64,000 nucleotides of DNA from Bacillota bacterium. GTDB lineage: Bacteria > Bacillota > Clostridia > Lutisporales > Lutisporaceae. Positions 51,886 through 62,282 of this stretch are shown one piece after another; the first letter of the stretch is position 1, and the number at the start of each line of letters is the position of its first letter. The position numbers were made by a program, and so were the translations under genes. The DNA lies in the NCBI GenBank assembly GCA_022706825.1, contig JAKJBU010000002.1:932-64931 (forward strand), in the 5' to 3' direction. Below the pieces are notes generated by a model. It was not told the DNA's origin. It did not search any database and worked only from the letters and a program-made list of their open reading frames with translations.

Positions 51886-52245
51886 CTATGTGTTATCGGT
51901 TATTATCTTGCAGTTGCCTATGAATATGGCACCTTCATCGATAATGACGTTTTTTACTGTGATATCGCCTACAAGCTTTGCAGTATGGGTAATATGAAGT
52001 TGAGAGGTTGCAATTACGTTGCCTTCTATGACTCCGGCAACAAATGCATTTTCGGTCTTTACGTTGCCTTTGACAGCACCTTCTTCTCCGACAATCAGGT
52101 TGCCGGATATATTAAGGCCTCCAAGCACTTTGCCGTCCAGCCTTACAGTACCGTCTGCGTTTACAGTACCTTCAAATATTGTTCCGCGGCCTATAATTGT
52201 ATCTACTCTTTCACTGTTTATTGATTTTTTGCCTGAGCCAAACAT
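51886..52245 (-). CDS. Bactofilin (CcmA-like polymer-forming cytoskeletal protein)
   Basis: MFGSGKK...DTIIGRGTIFEGTVNADGTVRLDGKVLGGLNISGNLIVGEEGAVKGNV is a bactofilin beta-helix repeat pattern. ATG 52245 follows GGAGG. Confidence 0.85.
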   Translation of the reverse strand: MFGSGKKSINSERVDTIIGRGTIFEGTVNADGTVRLDGKVLGGLNISGNLIVGEEGAVKGNVKTENAFVAGVIEGNVIATSQLHITHTAKLVGDITVKNVIIDEGAIFIGNCKIITDNT

Positions 52246-52282
52246 TTTACTACCTCCAATCTCCATAATCCAATGCTTCTGA

Positions 52283-53239
52283 TCAGTTAAAATAGTTTGC
52301 GGGATTGACGTTTTTTCCATTCAGCTTTACTTCATAGTGAAGATGGGTTCCGGTGCTTCTGCCTGTATTGCCTACCTTTGCAATGGCTTGTCCCTTCTTG
52401 ACCTTGTCTCCCTGCTTGACCAACAGCTTTGAATTGTGGGCATACAGGGTAGTGAGGCCATATCCGTGGGATATTATCACCATTCTTCCATAGCCGGCAT
52501 TCCAGCCTGCGAAGGATACTATACCATCACCGGTTGCTGAAACAGTCTGTCCGTAGGAGGCCGCAAAGTCAATTCCCTTGTGGAATTCGCTGCCCCTGCT
52601 GGTAAAGGGGTTTTTCCTATAGCCAAAGCTTGCAGTTATTGAGGCGGTCACAGGTTTGACGGAGGGCTTGGCCATTAAATATGCAAGCTGTTTTTTTATC
52701 GGATCTATGGAATCAGCTATTGTCTTTTTTTGAATTGCAATTTTATCGGTTAAAGATGCAAAGTCAGCCTCAATGCTTGCTAGCTTCAAGGACATATCTT
52801 GGTCTGATTTTTCTGTTAACAAGCTTACGGGAGAACTGATTTCCGGAGAAACGAGTTTGATCTCGATGCCTTCCTCAGGGGAGGGATTAATACCCACCGC
52901 TTTTTTGACCTCATCCAGCATTCTGAAATTTTCGGCCAATTGCTTTTGTACTTCTTCGGAACTTCTCTGCAGATTCTCAATTTCAATCTTCTGGGAAGCG
53001 TTGATGGTTGTAAGCTTTGATATTTCTTTTCTACTGGCATCATATTGAAGCTTGAGTGCGGATAATGCATAAAAACTTATTCCGGACGTTATAATAAGCA
53101 GTGCAATGGATATGGAAACAAATCCGGGGAACCATGCCGGAGTCCTGAAGGATTTTACGTTGGATTGACTCTCGGGAATAAACATGAAGGTAGTATAGTT
53201 TATTTTGTTTTTCACCAGTGCTTTTTTCAAATGAATCAT
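52283..53239 (-). CDS. M23-family peptidoglycan DD-metalloendopeptidase with N-terminal TM and coiled coil
   Basis: HKGIDFAA...DGIVSFAGW...GYGRMVIISHG...TLYAHNS...GNTGRSTGTHLHYEV. Confidence 0.88.
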   Translation of the reverse strand: MIHLKKALVKNKINYTTFMFIPESQSNVKSFRTPAWFPGFVSISIALLIITSGISFYALSALKLQYDASRKEISKLTTINASQKIEIENLQRSSEEVQKQLAENFRMLDEVKKAVGINPSPEEGIEIKLVSPEISSPVSLLTEKSDQDMSLKLASIEADFASLTDKIAIQKKTIADSIDPIKKQLAYLMAKPSVKPVTASITASFGYRKNPFTSRGSEFHKGIDFAASYGQTVSATGDGIVSFAGWNAGYGRMVIISHGYGLTTLYAHNSKLLVKQGDKVKKGQAIAKVGNTGRSTGTHLHYEVKLNGKNVNPANYFN

Positions 53240-53520
53240 CCTTTGACATTATAATGCTTTAAAATTCTTATAGAAACAAAAATTTCAAGCTGCATCATTA
53301 AATATACAGGTTGAAATCAGCAATGGAGTCAAAATTATCTATTTTTTAATATGCTCAAAATCCATTTTAGACTAAATTTGCCCGAATGTACAGTCCCAAA
53401 ATTATCAAAGTTTTGGGACTATTGCATTAAATGATGTATTTCAGGGCACTAGAAGATATCGAATAAAAAGTAAATATTTAGCGGAGAATATATTATGAAG
53501 AAATATATGGAGGTATTGAT

Positions 53521-53790
53521 ATGAACAAGGTAGGAATAGAAAAGCCCTTGAGCAACGTCAGGAGATATCTGGAAAGCAGGGATTGCACTGTGGAAGTGCT
53601 GGAGGACAATACCAAGGAATCCCCCGGGAACCTGAACAAATTCGATGCCATTGTCGTAACAGGTGCGGATTCCAATTTCATGGGCATGGAAGATGTGATG
53701 ACAACTACAAAGGTAATTAATGCCGAGGGCAAAACCGAGGACGAAATCTACAGCGAGGTATTGAGAGCAGCGGATTTGAAAAAAAGATAA
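53521..53790 (+). CDS. YkuS-family (UPF0180) protein
   Basis: LSNVRRYLESRDCTVEVL...FDAIVVTGADSNFMGMEDV resembles YkuS. Confidence 0.65.
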   Translation: MNKVGIEKPLSNVRRYLESRDCTVEVLEDNTKESPGNLNKFDAIVVTGADSNFMGMEDVMTTTKVINAEGKTEDEIYSEVLRAADLKKR

Positions 53791-53831
53791 AAACGATGTA
53801 GCCTATTTATTACAGCAATAGTACAATAAAG

Positions 53832-53876
53832 GTATGCACCAATATACGATTTACATGGTTGGCTGCATACTTTTTT
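53832..53876 (+). terminator. Rho-independent terminator
   Basis: Stem GTATGCACCAA / TTGGCTGCATAC followed by TTTTTT. Confidence 0.7.
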
Positions 53877-53910
53877 CATTGCTGAAACAATTCATGGGGG
53901 CAGGGGTATT

Positions 53911-54687
53911 ATGATACATGTGGGAACTTCGGGATACAGCTACAAGGATTGGATAGGGACATTTTATCCGGCCGGGGCCAAGGCCGGGGATTTATTGGGT
54001 ATTTATTCGCGCTTTTTTGATTTTACGGAGATTAATTCCACTTATTACAAGATACCCAATTCCTTTATGTTCTATAATATGCAGAAGAAGACGGGAGACA
54101 ACTTTATTTTCACCGTTAAGCTCCATCAGTCCATGACCCACGGAAGAGATGCGGGAGACAAGGATTACGAGGACTTTGCCGGGACAGTGGATGTGCTGAA
54201 GCAGGCCGGGAAGCTGGGATGCCTTGTGGCGCAGTTCCCTTATTCTTTTCATTTTAACAGGGAGAATATGGACTATATACAAGGACTGAGAGAAAGATTT
54301 GCTGATTTTGATTTAATGGTGGAATTCAGGAATAACAGGTGGGTTAACGACGAAACCATGGAGTTTCTGCGGGCAAACCAGCTGGGATATATCTGCGTGG
54401 ATGAGCCGGCTGTGTCGGGGCTTTTGGATACCAGGGCAATGAGGACTTCCGAAATCTCATATATACGGTTTCACGGAAGGAACGATGCGAAATGGTGGGA
54501 TCATAAAGAAGCATATGAAAGGTATGATTATTTGTATAAGGAAAGGGAGCTTGAGCAGTGGAAGGATAAGATATTGGAGCTTGACAAACAATCTCAGAAT
54601 TGTTTTGTCAGCTTCAACAATCATTTCAGAGCACAGGCTGTAATAAACGGAATTATGCTTAAAAAGCTTTTGGGAATGATGGAATGA
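53911..54687 (+). CDS. DUF72 (YecE-like) family protein
   Basis: IHVGTSGYSYKDWIGTFYP N-terminus and FEINSTYY, typical of DUF72. Confidence 0.8.
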   Translation: MIHVGTSGYSYKDWIGTFYPAGAKAGDLLGIYSRFFDFTEINSTYYKIPNSFMFYNMQKKTGDNFIFTVKLHQSMTHGRDAGDKDYEDFAGTVDVLKQAGKLGCLVAQFPYSFHFNRENMDYIQGLRERFADFDLMVEFRNNRWVNDETMEFLRANQLGYICVDEPAVSGLLDTRAMRTSEISYIRFHGRNDAKWWDHKEAYERYDYLYKERELEQWKDKILELDKQSQNCFVSFNNHFRAQAVINGIMLKKLLGMME

Positions 54688-54713
54688 TATTTTGACTATA
54701 GGAGGGCTTGATT

Positions 54714-55265
54714 ATGAGGACATTTATAGGGGCGGACTTCAGCAGGGATATAAAGGACAGCATTGCGGGAGTACAGCATATAGTACGGGAAAATTCGGAA
54801 AGAGGAAGATTCAAGTATGTGGGCAACTTTCACCTGACACTTAAGTTCCTTGGCGAAATTGAGCAGGCCAAAGCACCGGACATAGGGAGAACGCTTAAGG
54901 AAATAGCCTTAAAGCACAGGAGAATCCGTCTGAACATAGATAAAATCGGGTACTTTAACGGAAAAGGAAGCATCCATGCTCTTTGGCTGGGTTTTTCAGG
55001 AGAACTGGATAAGCTCTCCTCATTGTATTCGGACATTGATGAGGGGATGTACAAGCTGGGCATAAAAAAGGAGATAAAAGCCTATACCCCGCATATAACA
55101 ATAGCCCAGGATCTGGTACTCAAAATACCTTTTGAAAAGCTGGAGGAAAAGTTGAATTTTCAAAACTTCAGAACTGTTGAAATCAGGGAGATATCCTTGA
55201 TAAAAAGTGAGGAAGCGGGAGGAAAGAGGATTTATACACCGATTTCGACATTTCAGTTAAAATAG
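54714..55265 (+). CDS. thpR: RNA 2',3'-cyclic phosphodiesterase (2H family, ThpR/LigT)
   Basis: Two HxT/S motifs: HLTLKFLGE and HITIAQ. Confidence 0.85.
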   Translation: MRTFIGADFSRDIKDSIAGVQHIVRENSERGRFKYVGNFHLTLKFLGEIEQAKAPDIGRTLKEIALKHRRIRLNIDKIGYFNGKGSIHALWLGFSGELDKLSSLYSDIDEGMYKLGIKKEIKAYTPHITIAQDLVLKIPFEKLEEKLNFQNFRTVEIREISLIKSEEAGGKRIYTPISTFQLK

Positions 55266-55430
55266 ATTATGAGGAGCAGGTAACACGGAATTCACGGAAA
55301 TCCGCAGAAGACACGGCGGGATAAATATTCTGTTACATAAATAATACTCGATAACATTGTAAGTATCGATATTTACGAATGCAGCTATAAAAATATATGA
55401 AAGTTAACCGTACAATCGCGCAGCGATTCC

Positions 55431-57338
55431 ATGAAACATCCGTGTGTTCAGTGTTATCCGTATCCAAATGTACAAGGGCGTGATTTCTTGATTAGCAGGG
55501 ATGATTTTCTTCCTATTTCCAAGGAAGATATGCAGAGGAAAAAAATAGAGCAGTTGGATTTCATATTCGTAAGCGGGGATGCTTATGTGGACCATCCCAG
55601 CTTCGGCAGTGCCGTAATAACCAGGCTTCTGGAAAGCAGAGGCTACAAGGTGGGCATAATCCCGCAGCCTGATTGGCGGAATACAGATGCCTTCAAGGCT
55701 CTGGGAAGACCGAGGCTTGCATTTCTTGTGTCCTCGGGAAATATGGACTCAATGGTCAATCACTATACTGCCGGTAAAAAACCCAGAAGAGAAGACTTGT
55801 ATTCTCCCGGGGGAGTACGGGGTAAAAGGCCGGACAGGGCAGTTACCGTATATTGCAACAGGATTAGGGAGGCCTTTAAGGATGTGCCCGTAATAATCGG
55901 GGGTATTGAAGCCAGCCTTAGAAGATTTGCCCATTATGACTTCTGGGATGATCGGGTAAGAAGGTCGATATTGTTCGACAGCAGGGCGGATCTTCTGATA
56001 TACGGAATGGGTGAGAAGCCCGTGATACAAGTGGCGGAAGCACTTGAATCAGGTATGGAAATAAAATATATAACCTATATAAACGGTACTGCATATATAG
56101 CCCCGGAGCTTGGGAATATTCCGGATGCGACTGTGATACCAAGCTTCGATGAGGTTAGGGACAGCAAAAGGAAATATGCCCGGGCCTTTATGCTTCAATA
56201 CAGGGAACAGGACTATCATACGGGCCGCGTACTTATACAGCCTCATGGGGAAAGGTTCCTGGTTCAGAATCCTCCCGCCGCACCCCTGACGGAAACAGAG
56301 CTTGACGATGTGTACAGTCTGCCTTTTACCAGGCAGTATCATCCGGTTTATAAGAATCAGGGAGGTATACCTGCCCTTAAGGAAGTTAAATTCAGCCTGA
56401 CTTCCCAGCGGGGATGCTTCGGAGGCTGTTCCTTCTGCGCATTGAACTTCCATCAGGGCAGGGTTGTGCAAAGCAGAAGCCATGAATCAATAATCGAAGA
56501 GGCGGAGCTGCTCCTTAAAGATCCTGAATTCAAGGGTTACATCCATGATGTGGGAGGGCCCACGGCCAATTTCAGGCACGCAGCCTGCGATAAGCAGCTT
56601 AATGCCGGAGTCTGCAAGAACAGACAGTGCCTTTATCCGACTCCCTGCAAAAACCTCAAGGTGGATCACAAGGATTATGTCGCACTGCTTAAAAAGCTCA
56701 GATCCCTTCCCGGGGTAAAAAAGGTATTCGTCCGCTCCGGACTGAGATATGACTATATTATTGCCGACAAGAAGGATGAATTTCTGAGGGAGCTTTGTGA
56801 AAACCATATAAGCGGGCAGCTCAAGGTGGCACCCGAGCACGTGTCGGACAAGGTTTTAAGGTATATGGGCAAGCCGTCCAAAGAAGTATACGGCAGGTTC
56901 GTAAAAAAATACTTTGATATGAACAAAAGGCTGAAGAAGGAGCAATACCTGGTGCCTTACCTTATGTCGGGACATCCGGGTTCGGACCTTTCCGCTGCCG
57001 TGGAGCTTGCCGAGTATGTAAGGGATATGGGTTATAACCCGGAGCAGATACAGGAATTCTATCCGACTCCGGGGACACTGTCCGCCTGCATGTATTATAC
57101 CGGACTTGATCCCAGGACTATGAAGCCTGTATATGTACCCAGGGACCCCGAGGAAAAGGCGATGCAGAGGGCATTGATACAATACAGGAATCCCGAAAAC
57201 TACGGGCTGGTGTATAAGGCGCTGAAATCAGCCGGCAGAGAAGATCTGATAGGTTTTGGGGAGAAGTGCCTTATAAAGCCTCCCCGGAATCCGGAGAAAA
57301 GAAGGAATCCAAGAAGCGAAAATCGAAAAAGACGCTGA
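55431..57338 (+). CDS. YgiQ-family (UPF0313) radical SAM protein
   Basis: [19 protein letters not shown]-region, radical-SAM cluster CFGGCSFC, and a basic C-terminal tail. The true start is probably downstream of 55431 (for example TTG 55488). Confidence 0.85.
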   Translation: MKHPCVQCYPYPNVQGRDFLISRDDFLPISKEDMQRKKIEQLDFIFVSGDAYVDHPSFGSAVITRLLESRGYKVGIIPQPDWRNTDAFKALGRPRLAFLVSSGNMDSMVNHYTAGKKPRREDLYSPGGVRGKRPDRAVTVYCNRIREAFKDVPVIIGGIEASLRRFAHYDFWDDRVRRSILFDSRADLLIYGMGEKPVIQVAEALESGMEIKYITYINGTAYIAPELGNIPDATVIPSFDEVRDSKRKYARAFMLQYREQDYHTGRVLIQPHGERFLVQNPPAAPLTETELDDVYSLPFTRQYHPVYKNQGGIPALKEVKFSLTSQRGCFGGCSFCALNFHQGRVVQSRSHESIIEEAELLLKDPEFKGYIHDVGGPTANFRHAACDKQLNAGVCKNRQCLYPTPCKNLKVDHKDYVALLKKLRSLPGVKKVFVRSGLRYDYIIADKKDEFLRELCENHISGQLKVAPEHVSDKVLRYMGKPSKEVYGRFVKKYFDMNKRLKKEQYLVPYLMSGHPGSDLSAAVELAEYVRDMGYNPEQIQEFYPTPGTLSACMYYTGLDPRTMKPVYVPRDPEEKAMQRALIQYRNPENYGLVYKALKSAGREDLIGFGEKCLIKPPRNPEKRRNPRSENRKRR

Positions 57339-57362
57339 GAAAAGTTAAAAGGGAGTGATTAT

Positions 57363-57866
57363 ATGAAAGCAATATTGGAAAGAAGAAGCATAAGAAAGTA
57401 TACCGGCGAGCCGGTATCGGATGCCGATCTGAAAGACCTCCTGAAGGCGGCAATGGCGGCACCCTCTGCGGGGAACGGGCAGCCATGGGAATTTATCATT
57501 GTCAATGACAGGCAGCTGCTTACGGAGATTACCAAGGTTCATCCCTATTCGGCAATGCTGCTGCAAGCACCCTTGGCCATAATCGTATGCGGTAAACTGG
57601 ATAACGAAAGATATAAGGGCTATTGGGCGCAGGATTGTTCCGCGGCAACCGAGAACATACTGATTGCGGCGCAGAGCAAAGGCCTTGGGACGGTATGGCT
57701 GGGAGTATACCCGGTGGAGGAAAGGGTTAACGGCATAAGAAAAATCTTCAAGATTCCCGAGAATATGATACCGCTGAATGTAATTGCAGTAGGGCACCCT
57801 GCGGAAAAAAAGAAGCCTTCTGATCGTTATGACGAAAATAGGATTCATTTCAACAAATGGGAATAA
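57363..57866 (+). CDS. Nitroreductase-family flavoprotein
   Basis: ILERRSIRKYTGEPV...APSAGNGQPWEFI...GLGTVWLG. Confidence 0.8.
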   Translation: MKAILERRSIRKYTGEPVSDADLKDLLKAAMAAPSAGNGQPWEFIIVNDRQLLTEITKVHPYSAMLLQAPLAIIVCGKLDNERYKGYWAQDCSAATENILIAAQSKGLGTVWLGVYPVEERVNGIRKIFKIPENMIPLNVIAVGHPAEKKKPSDRYDENRIHFNKWE

Positions 57867-57947
57867 TTATCTTTTATTTTACTTTGACGATATAATTCTG
57901 ATAAAATGTATTTGACAGATAATAATGATAAAGGAGTGTATTCTGAG

Positions 57948-59474
57948 ATGGGGCATTTGTCAATTGACGGTGAGCATTTGACTATAAAGGATGTTGTAGA
58001 TGTTGCGAGAAACAGCCGGAGGGTCGGGTTGTCGGAACAGGCAGTGGAACGAATCCGGAAATCAAGAGATTATGTGGACAGCCTGGTGGATAAGGAAGCG
58101 GTGGTATACGGAATTACCACAGGCTTTGGGAAATTCAGCGATGTATTCATATCAAAGGAAGATACCAGAGCACTTCAGAGGAATCTTATCGTAAGCCATG
58201 CCTGTTCCCTGGGGGACCCGCTTACCGAAGAGACTGTAAGGGCAATAATGCTCTTAAGGGCTAACGCACTGGCAAAGGGTTTTTCCGGTATAAGGCTGGA
58301 GACGGTAAATACACTGGTTGAGATGCTTAACAAGGGAGTGCATCCGGTGATCCCCGAAAAAGGTTCCCTGGGAGCCAGCGGTGATCTTGCACCTCTTGCC
58401 AATATGGTTCTTGTAATGCTGGGAGAGGGAGAGGCATACTATAAGGGAGTAAGGATGACAGGTAAGGAAGCTATGGAAAAGGCAGGAATTAAAACGGTTG
58501 AGCTTACTTCCAAGGAAGGCCTTGCACTTATAAACGGCACTCCGGTAATGACAGGCATAGGGGCCCTTGCCGTATATGATGCCGAAAACCTTTTGAAAAA
58601 CGCTGATATAATAGCGGCTATGACTCTTGAAGCACTTAAGGGAATAACAACAGCTTTTGACAGGAAGGTACATGAAGTAAGAGGCCAGAAGGGTCAGATG
58701 GCAGCTGCAAGAAATATGCTGAGGATAGTATCCGGAAGCGAGCTTACAACAACCCAGGGACAGATAAGGGTGCAGGATGCGTATACATTAAGGTGCATAC
58801 CCCAGATACACGGCGCCAGCAGAGACGCTGTGCAATATGTAAAGGAAAAGGTATCCATAGAGCTTAATGCGGCAACGGACAACCCCCTTGTATTTGCCGA
58901 TGATGACCAGGTAATATCCGGCGGGAACTTCCATGGACAGCCTATAGCTCTTGCCATGGATTTCCTTGGTATAGCAGTATCCGAACTGGCAAATGTTTCG
59001 GAGAGACGGCTTGAAAGGCTGGTAAATCCTCAGCTTAATGATCTCCCTGCTTTTCTGACAAGAAAGGGAGGGCTGAATTCAGGATTTATGATAACCCAGT
59101 ATGCGGCTGCTTCCATTGTGTCGGAAAATAAGATTCTGGCCCATCCTGCCAGTGTGGATTCAATACCTTCTTCCGCAAACCAGGAAGATCATGTGAGTAT
59201 GGGAACTACCGCCGCAAGAAAGGCCAGGGTTATATTGGACAACGTTCAGAAGGTGCTGGGAATTGAAGCATTTGCAGCTTCCCAGGCCATAAGCTTCAGG
59301 GGGGATGTAAGGCTCGGAAAAGGTACCTCGGAAGCTTACAAGCTTATAAGAAAAGAGATTGCGCCTGTTGAAGAGGACAGGATAATGTATACCGACATGA
59401 ATAAGCTGGATGAGATGGTTAAGTCCGAAGCTTTGATAAGAGCAGTGGAAAGCGCAGTTGGAGAATTGGAGTGA
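57948..59474 (+). CDS. hutH: Histidine ammonia-lyase
   Basis: MIO-forming GSLGASGDLAPLA, plus YGITTGFG and NQEDHVSMG. Confidence 0.92.
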   Translation: MGHLSIDGEHLTIKDVVDVARNSRRVGLSEQAVERIRKSRDYVDSLVDKEAVVYGITTGFGKFSDVFISKEDTRALQRNLIVSHACSLGDPLTEETVRAIMLLRANALAKGFSGIRLETVNTLVEMLNKGVHPVIPEKGSLGASGDLAPLANMVLVMLGEGEAYYKGVRMTGKEAMEKAGIKTVELTSKEGLALINGTPVMTGIGALAVYDAENLLKNADIIAAMTLEALKGITTAFDRKVHEVRGQKGQMAAARNMLRIVSGSELTTTQGQIRVQDAYTLRCIPQIHGASRDAVQYVKEKVSIELNAATDNPLVFADDDQVISGGNFHGQPIALAMDFLGIAVSELANVSERRLERLVNPQLNDLPAFLTRKGGLNSGFMITQYAAASIVSENKILAHPASVDSIPSSANQEDHVSMGTTAARKARVILDNVQKVLGIEAFAASQAISFRGDVRLGKGTSEAYKLIRKEIAPVEEDRIMYTDMNKLDEMVKSEALIRAVESAVGELE

Positions 59475-59479
59475 TATGA

Positions 59480-60718
59480 ATGAAAGCTGACTTGATAATA
59501 AATGCTTCAACAATAGTCTGCTGTACCGAAGGAGAAGGCGCGGGAGTAATTGAGAACGGATATGTGGCTGTAAAAGACGGAAAAATAATATCTCTGGGAG
59601 AGGGAAATGCCCCCGGGGATATCAAGGGCTCAGGAACAAGGATTATTGATGCATCCGGTAAGACAGTGACTCCGGGGCTTATAGACGCGCATACCCATCT
59701 TGTTCACGGAGGCTCAAGGGAAAAGGAACTTCCTCTGAAGCTTAAAGGAGTGCCGTATCTGGAAATCCTGAAAATGGGCGGAGGGATACTTAGCACGGTT
59801 AGAAACACACGGAAAGCTTCAAAGGAAGAACTCATGGCAAAATCCGGAAAGAGCCTGGACCAGATGCTGCTTCACGGTACTACTACCGTAGAAGCCAAGA
59901 GCGGTTACGGCCTTGATTTTGATACCGAGATTAAGTGCCTTGAGGTGGCTGCCGAGCTTAATGACTCCCATCCCGTAGACATAGTGTCAACATATATGGG
60001 AGCCCATGCCGTACCGGAGGAATTCAAGGGAAACACTCAAGGCTATATAGATTTCATGGCCGATAAGGTCATGCCTTATGTCAGGGAAAACAATCTTGCC
60101 GAATTTATGGATGTATTCTGTGAGGAGGGGGTTTTTTCTCCCGGGGAGTCCAGGGCCATAATGCAGAAGGGCAAAGAACAAGGCTTCAAGCTTAAAATCC
60201 ATGCAGATGAGATAGTCCCTCTGCAGGGGGCGGAGCTTGCAGGGGAATTGGGCGCCGTTTCTGCAGAGCATCTGCTGGCTGCAACGGAGGCCGGAATAGC
60301 CGCAATGGCGGAAGCGGGAGTTACGGCGGTGCTGCTTCCGGGAACTTCCTTCTATTTAATGCTTGGCAAGTATGCCCAGGCGCGAAAGATGATGGACAGG
60401 GGTGTCAGGGTGGCACTGGCAACCGATTACAATCCGGGGACATGCCCTACCGAGAATCTTCAGTCCATAATGACCTTTGCATGCTTTGGAATGAAAATGA
60501 CTCCCGAGGAGATAATAAAAGGAATGACTCTGAATGCAGCTTATGCCTTAGACAGAGCAGGAGAAACCGGAAGCCTCGAAGTGGGCAAAAAAGCTGATAT
60601 TGTAGTATTTGATGCTCCAAATCTTGAATATATAGTATACCATTTCGGCATAAACCATGTGGATACCGTTATCAAGGACGGAAAAACAGTCGTAGAGAAC
60701 GGAAGAATTTTGAAGTAG
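59480..60718 (+). CDS. hutI: Imidazolonepropionase
   Basis: PGLIDAHTHLVHGG, KSGYGL, KIHADE, SAEHL, ATDYNPG. Confidence 0.9.
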   Translation: MKADLIINASTIVCCTEGEGAGVIENGYVAVKDGKIISLGEGNAPGDIKGSGTRIIDASGKTVTPGLIDAHTHLVHGGSREKELPLKLKGVPYLEILKMGGGILSTVRNTRKASKEELMAKSGKSLDQMLLHGTTTVEAKSGYGLDFDTEIKCLEVAAELNDSHPVDIVSTYMGAHAVPEEFKGNTQGYIDFMADKVMPYVRENNLAEFMDVFCEEGVFSPGESRAIMQKGKEQGFKLKIHADEIVPLQGAELAGELGAVSAEHLLAATEAGIAAMAEAGVTAVLLPGTSFYLMLGKYAQARKMMDRGVRVALATDYNPGTCPTENLQSIMTFACFGMKMTPEEIIKGMTLNAAYALDRAGETGSLEVGKKADIVVFDAPNLEYIVYHFGINHVDTVIKDGKTVVENGRILK

Positions 60719-60734
60719 ATATGGGGAGGAATAT

Positions 60735-61379
60735 ATGAGTCTTTTAATGGATATGACTTTAAGGGATTACAGTGATGTGCTGGCAAGCAGCGAACCTGCC
60801 CCGGGAGGAGGAAGCACGGCTGCGCTGTCAGGGGTGCTGGGGGCTGCCCTCACTATGATGGTAGTGAATCTTTCAGTGGGCAAAAAAAATTATGAAAGCC
60901 TGAATGAAAAAATAAAAGCGAAGTTCATGGAGGAAGCCGAAAATGTAAAGGCGCTTCAAAAGGAGCTTTCCGGTTTGGTTGACGAGGATACAAAAGCCTT
61001 CAACAAATTCATGGAGGCGGTAAAGCTTCCAAAGGATACCGAAGAACAAAATCAGCTGCGGGCGGAAAAAATGCAGGAGGCAAGCCTTTATGCACTTCAA
61101 GTTCCCATGAAGACGGCAGAATGCTGTTTCCGACTGCTTGAAAATCAAGGGAATATTGCCAGGTACGGCAACAGGAACGCCGTGTCCGATGTGGGAGTAG
61201 GCGCTTTATTGGCACTTTCAGGGCTGGAAGGGGCAATATTGAATGTGAATATCAATCTTTCCGGAATTTCGGATGAAGCAGTCAGGTCAGAGGCCCATGA
61301 TAAATGCAGGAGGTTTTCTGTCGAAGGGCGCAAGCTCCACAGTGAGATACTTGATATTGTAAATTTAAGGATAGGATAG
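60735..61379 (+). CDS. Cyclodeaminase/cyclohydrolase-family protein (formimidoyl-THF cyclodeaminase, FtcD C-domain-like)
   Basis: LASSEPAPGGGSTAALSGVLGAALTMMV is the hallmark N-terminal motif. It follows hutHI. Confidence 0.8.
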   Translation: MSLLMDMTLRDYSDVLASSEPAPGGGSTAALSGVLGAALTMMVVNLSVGKKNYESLNEKIKAKFMEEAENVKALQKELSGLVDEDTKAFNKFMEAVKLPKDTEEQNQLRAEKMQEASLYALQVPMKTAECCFRLLENQGNIARYGNRNAVSDVGVGALLALSGLEGAILNVNINLSGISDEAVRSEAHDKCRRFSVEGRKLHSEILDIVNLRIG

Positions 61380-61386
61380 ATATAAT

Positions 61387-61617
61387 ATGATAACCAGAGA
61401 AATGATAGACAGGATAAATCAGCTGTCAAAAAAGTCCAGGGAGTCCGGGCTTACTGAAGAAGAGAAGCTGGAGCAGCAGGAACTCAGAAGGAAGTATATT
61501 GAATATATAAAAGGGCAGGTAAGGCACCAGCTTGATTCAATCAAATTTGCCGGGGACGGGCATGACTGCGGACATGAACATCATGACCATTGCGGATGTA
61601 AATGTAAAAAACAGTAG
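61387..61617 (+). CDS. DUF896 (UPF0291/YnzC-like) protein with a His/Cys-rich C-terminal tail
   Basis: IDRINQLSKKSRESGLTEEEKLEQQELRRKYIEYIKGQV is a DUF896 pattern. The tail is GDGHDCGHEHHDHCGCKCKKQ. Confidence 0.7.
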   Translation: MITREMIDRINQLSKKSRESGLTEEEKLEQQELRRKYIEYIKGQVRHQLDSIKFAGDGHDCGHEHHDHCGCKCKKQ

Positions 61618-61668
61618 AATTGTGCAATAATGGCTTTAGTGATATAATTAGCTATGGGAGGGATTTTT

Positions 61669-62139
61669 ATGGCTGAACTGCAATTTGTTGTTTTTAAGCT
61701 GGGCAAGGAAGAGTATGGCGTGAACATAATGCAAGTACAGGAAATTGGCCATTATGCAGAACCGGCCAGGGTGCCGAATACTCCTGAATTCGTTGAAGGA
61801 ATAATGAATCTGAGGGATAATGTTATTCCGGTAATAAGCCTCAGAAAAAGATTCAATATCCCGGAAGAGAATTTGAACGGACCAGAGCGGGATTCAAATG
61901 AAAACAGAAGGACTATTATTATCAATTTAGGGGACAGGCAGATAGCCTTTATTGTCGATGATGCATCGGAAGTGCTGACATTAGACGAGGCCAGCATACA
62001 GGAAACTCCGGATATAATCGCCGGGGTTGACAGAAAATACATATCCGGTATAGGGAAAAAGGGGAATAGGCTGATTATAATGCTCGATTTGAATTTTTTG
62101 TTTGATGAACAGGAACAGGCACAGCTTGAAGCCATATAA
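61669..62139 (+). CDS. cheW: Chemotaxis coupling protein CheW
   Basis: LQFVVFKLGKEEYGVNIMQVQEI...VEGIMNLRDNVIPVISLRKRF...IAFIVDDASEVL. Confidence 0.88.
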   Translation: MAELQFVVFKLGKEEYGVNIMQVQEIGHYAEPARVPNTPEFVEGIMNLRDNVIPVISLRKRFNIPEENLNGPERDSNENRRTIIINLGDRQIAFIVDDASEVLTLDEASIQETPDIIAGVDRKYISGIGKKGNRLIIMLDLNFLFDEQEQAQLEAI

Positions 62140-62149
62140 TACTATTTTA

Positions 62150-62174
62150 GTGCGGCCTTTTACCGCACTTTTCT
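62150..62174 (+). terminator. Rho-independent terminator
   Basis: Stem GTGCGG / CCGCAC followed by TTTTCT. Confidence 0.6.
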
Positions 62175-62282
62175 AAAATTCACGGAAAAATAAATTTTTT
62201 TATAAATTATTCCTGATTATTCAACGATAATATTGATATGAGGTATGTTTTGCAGTATTGATTATTTGGAAGAAAGCAGAGG

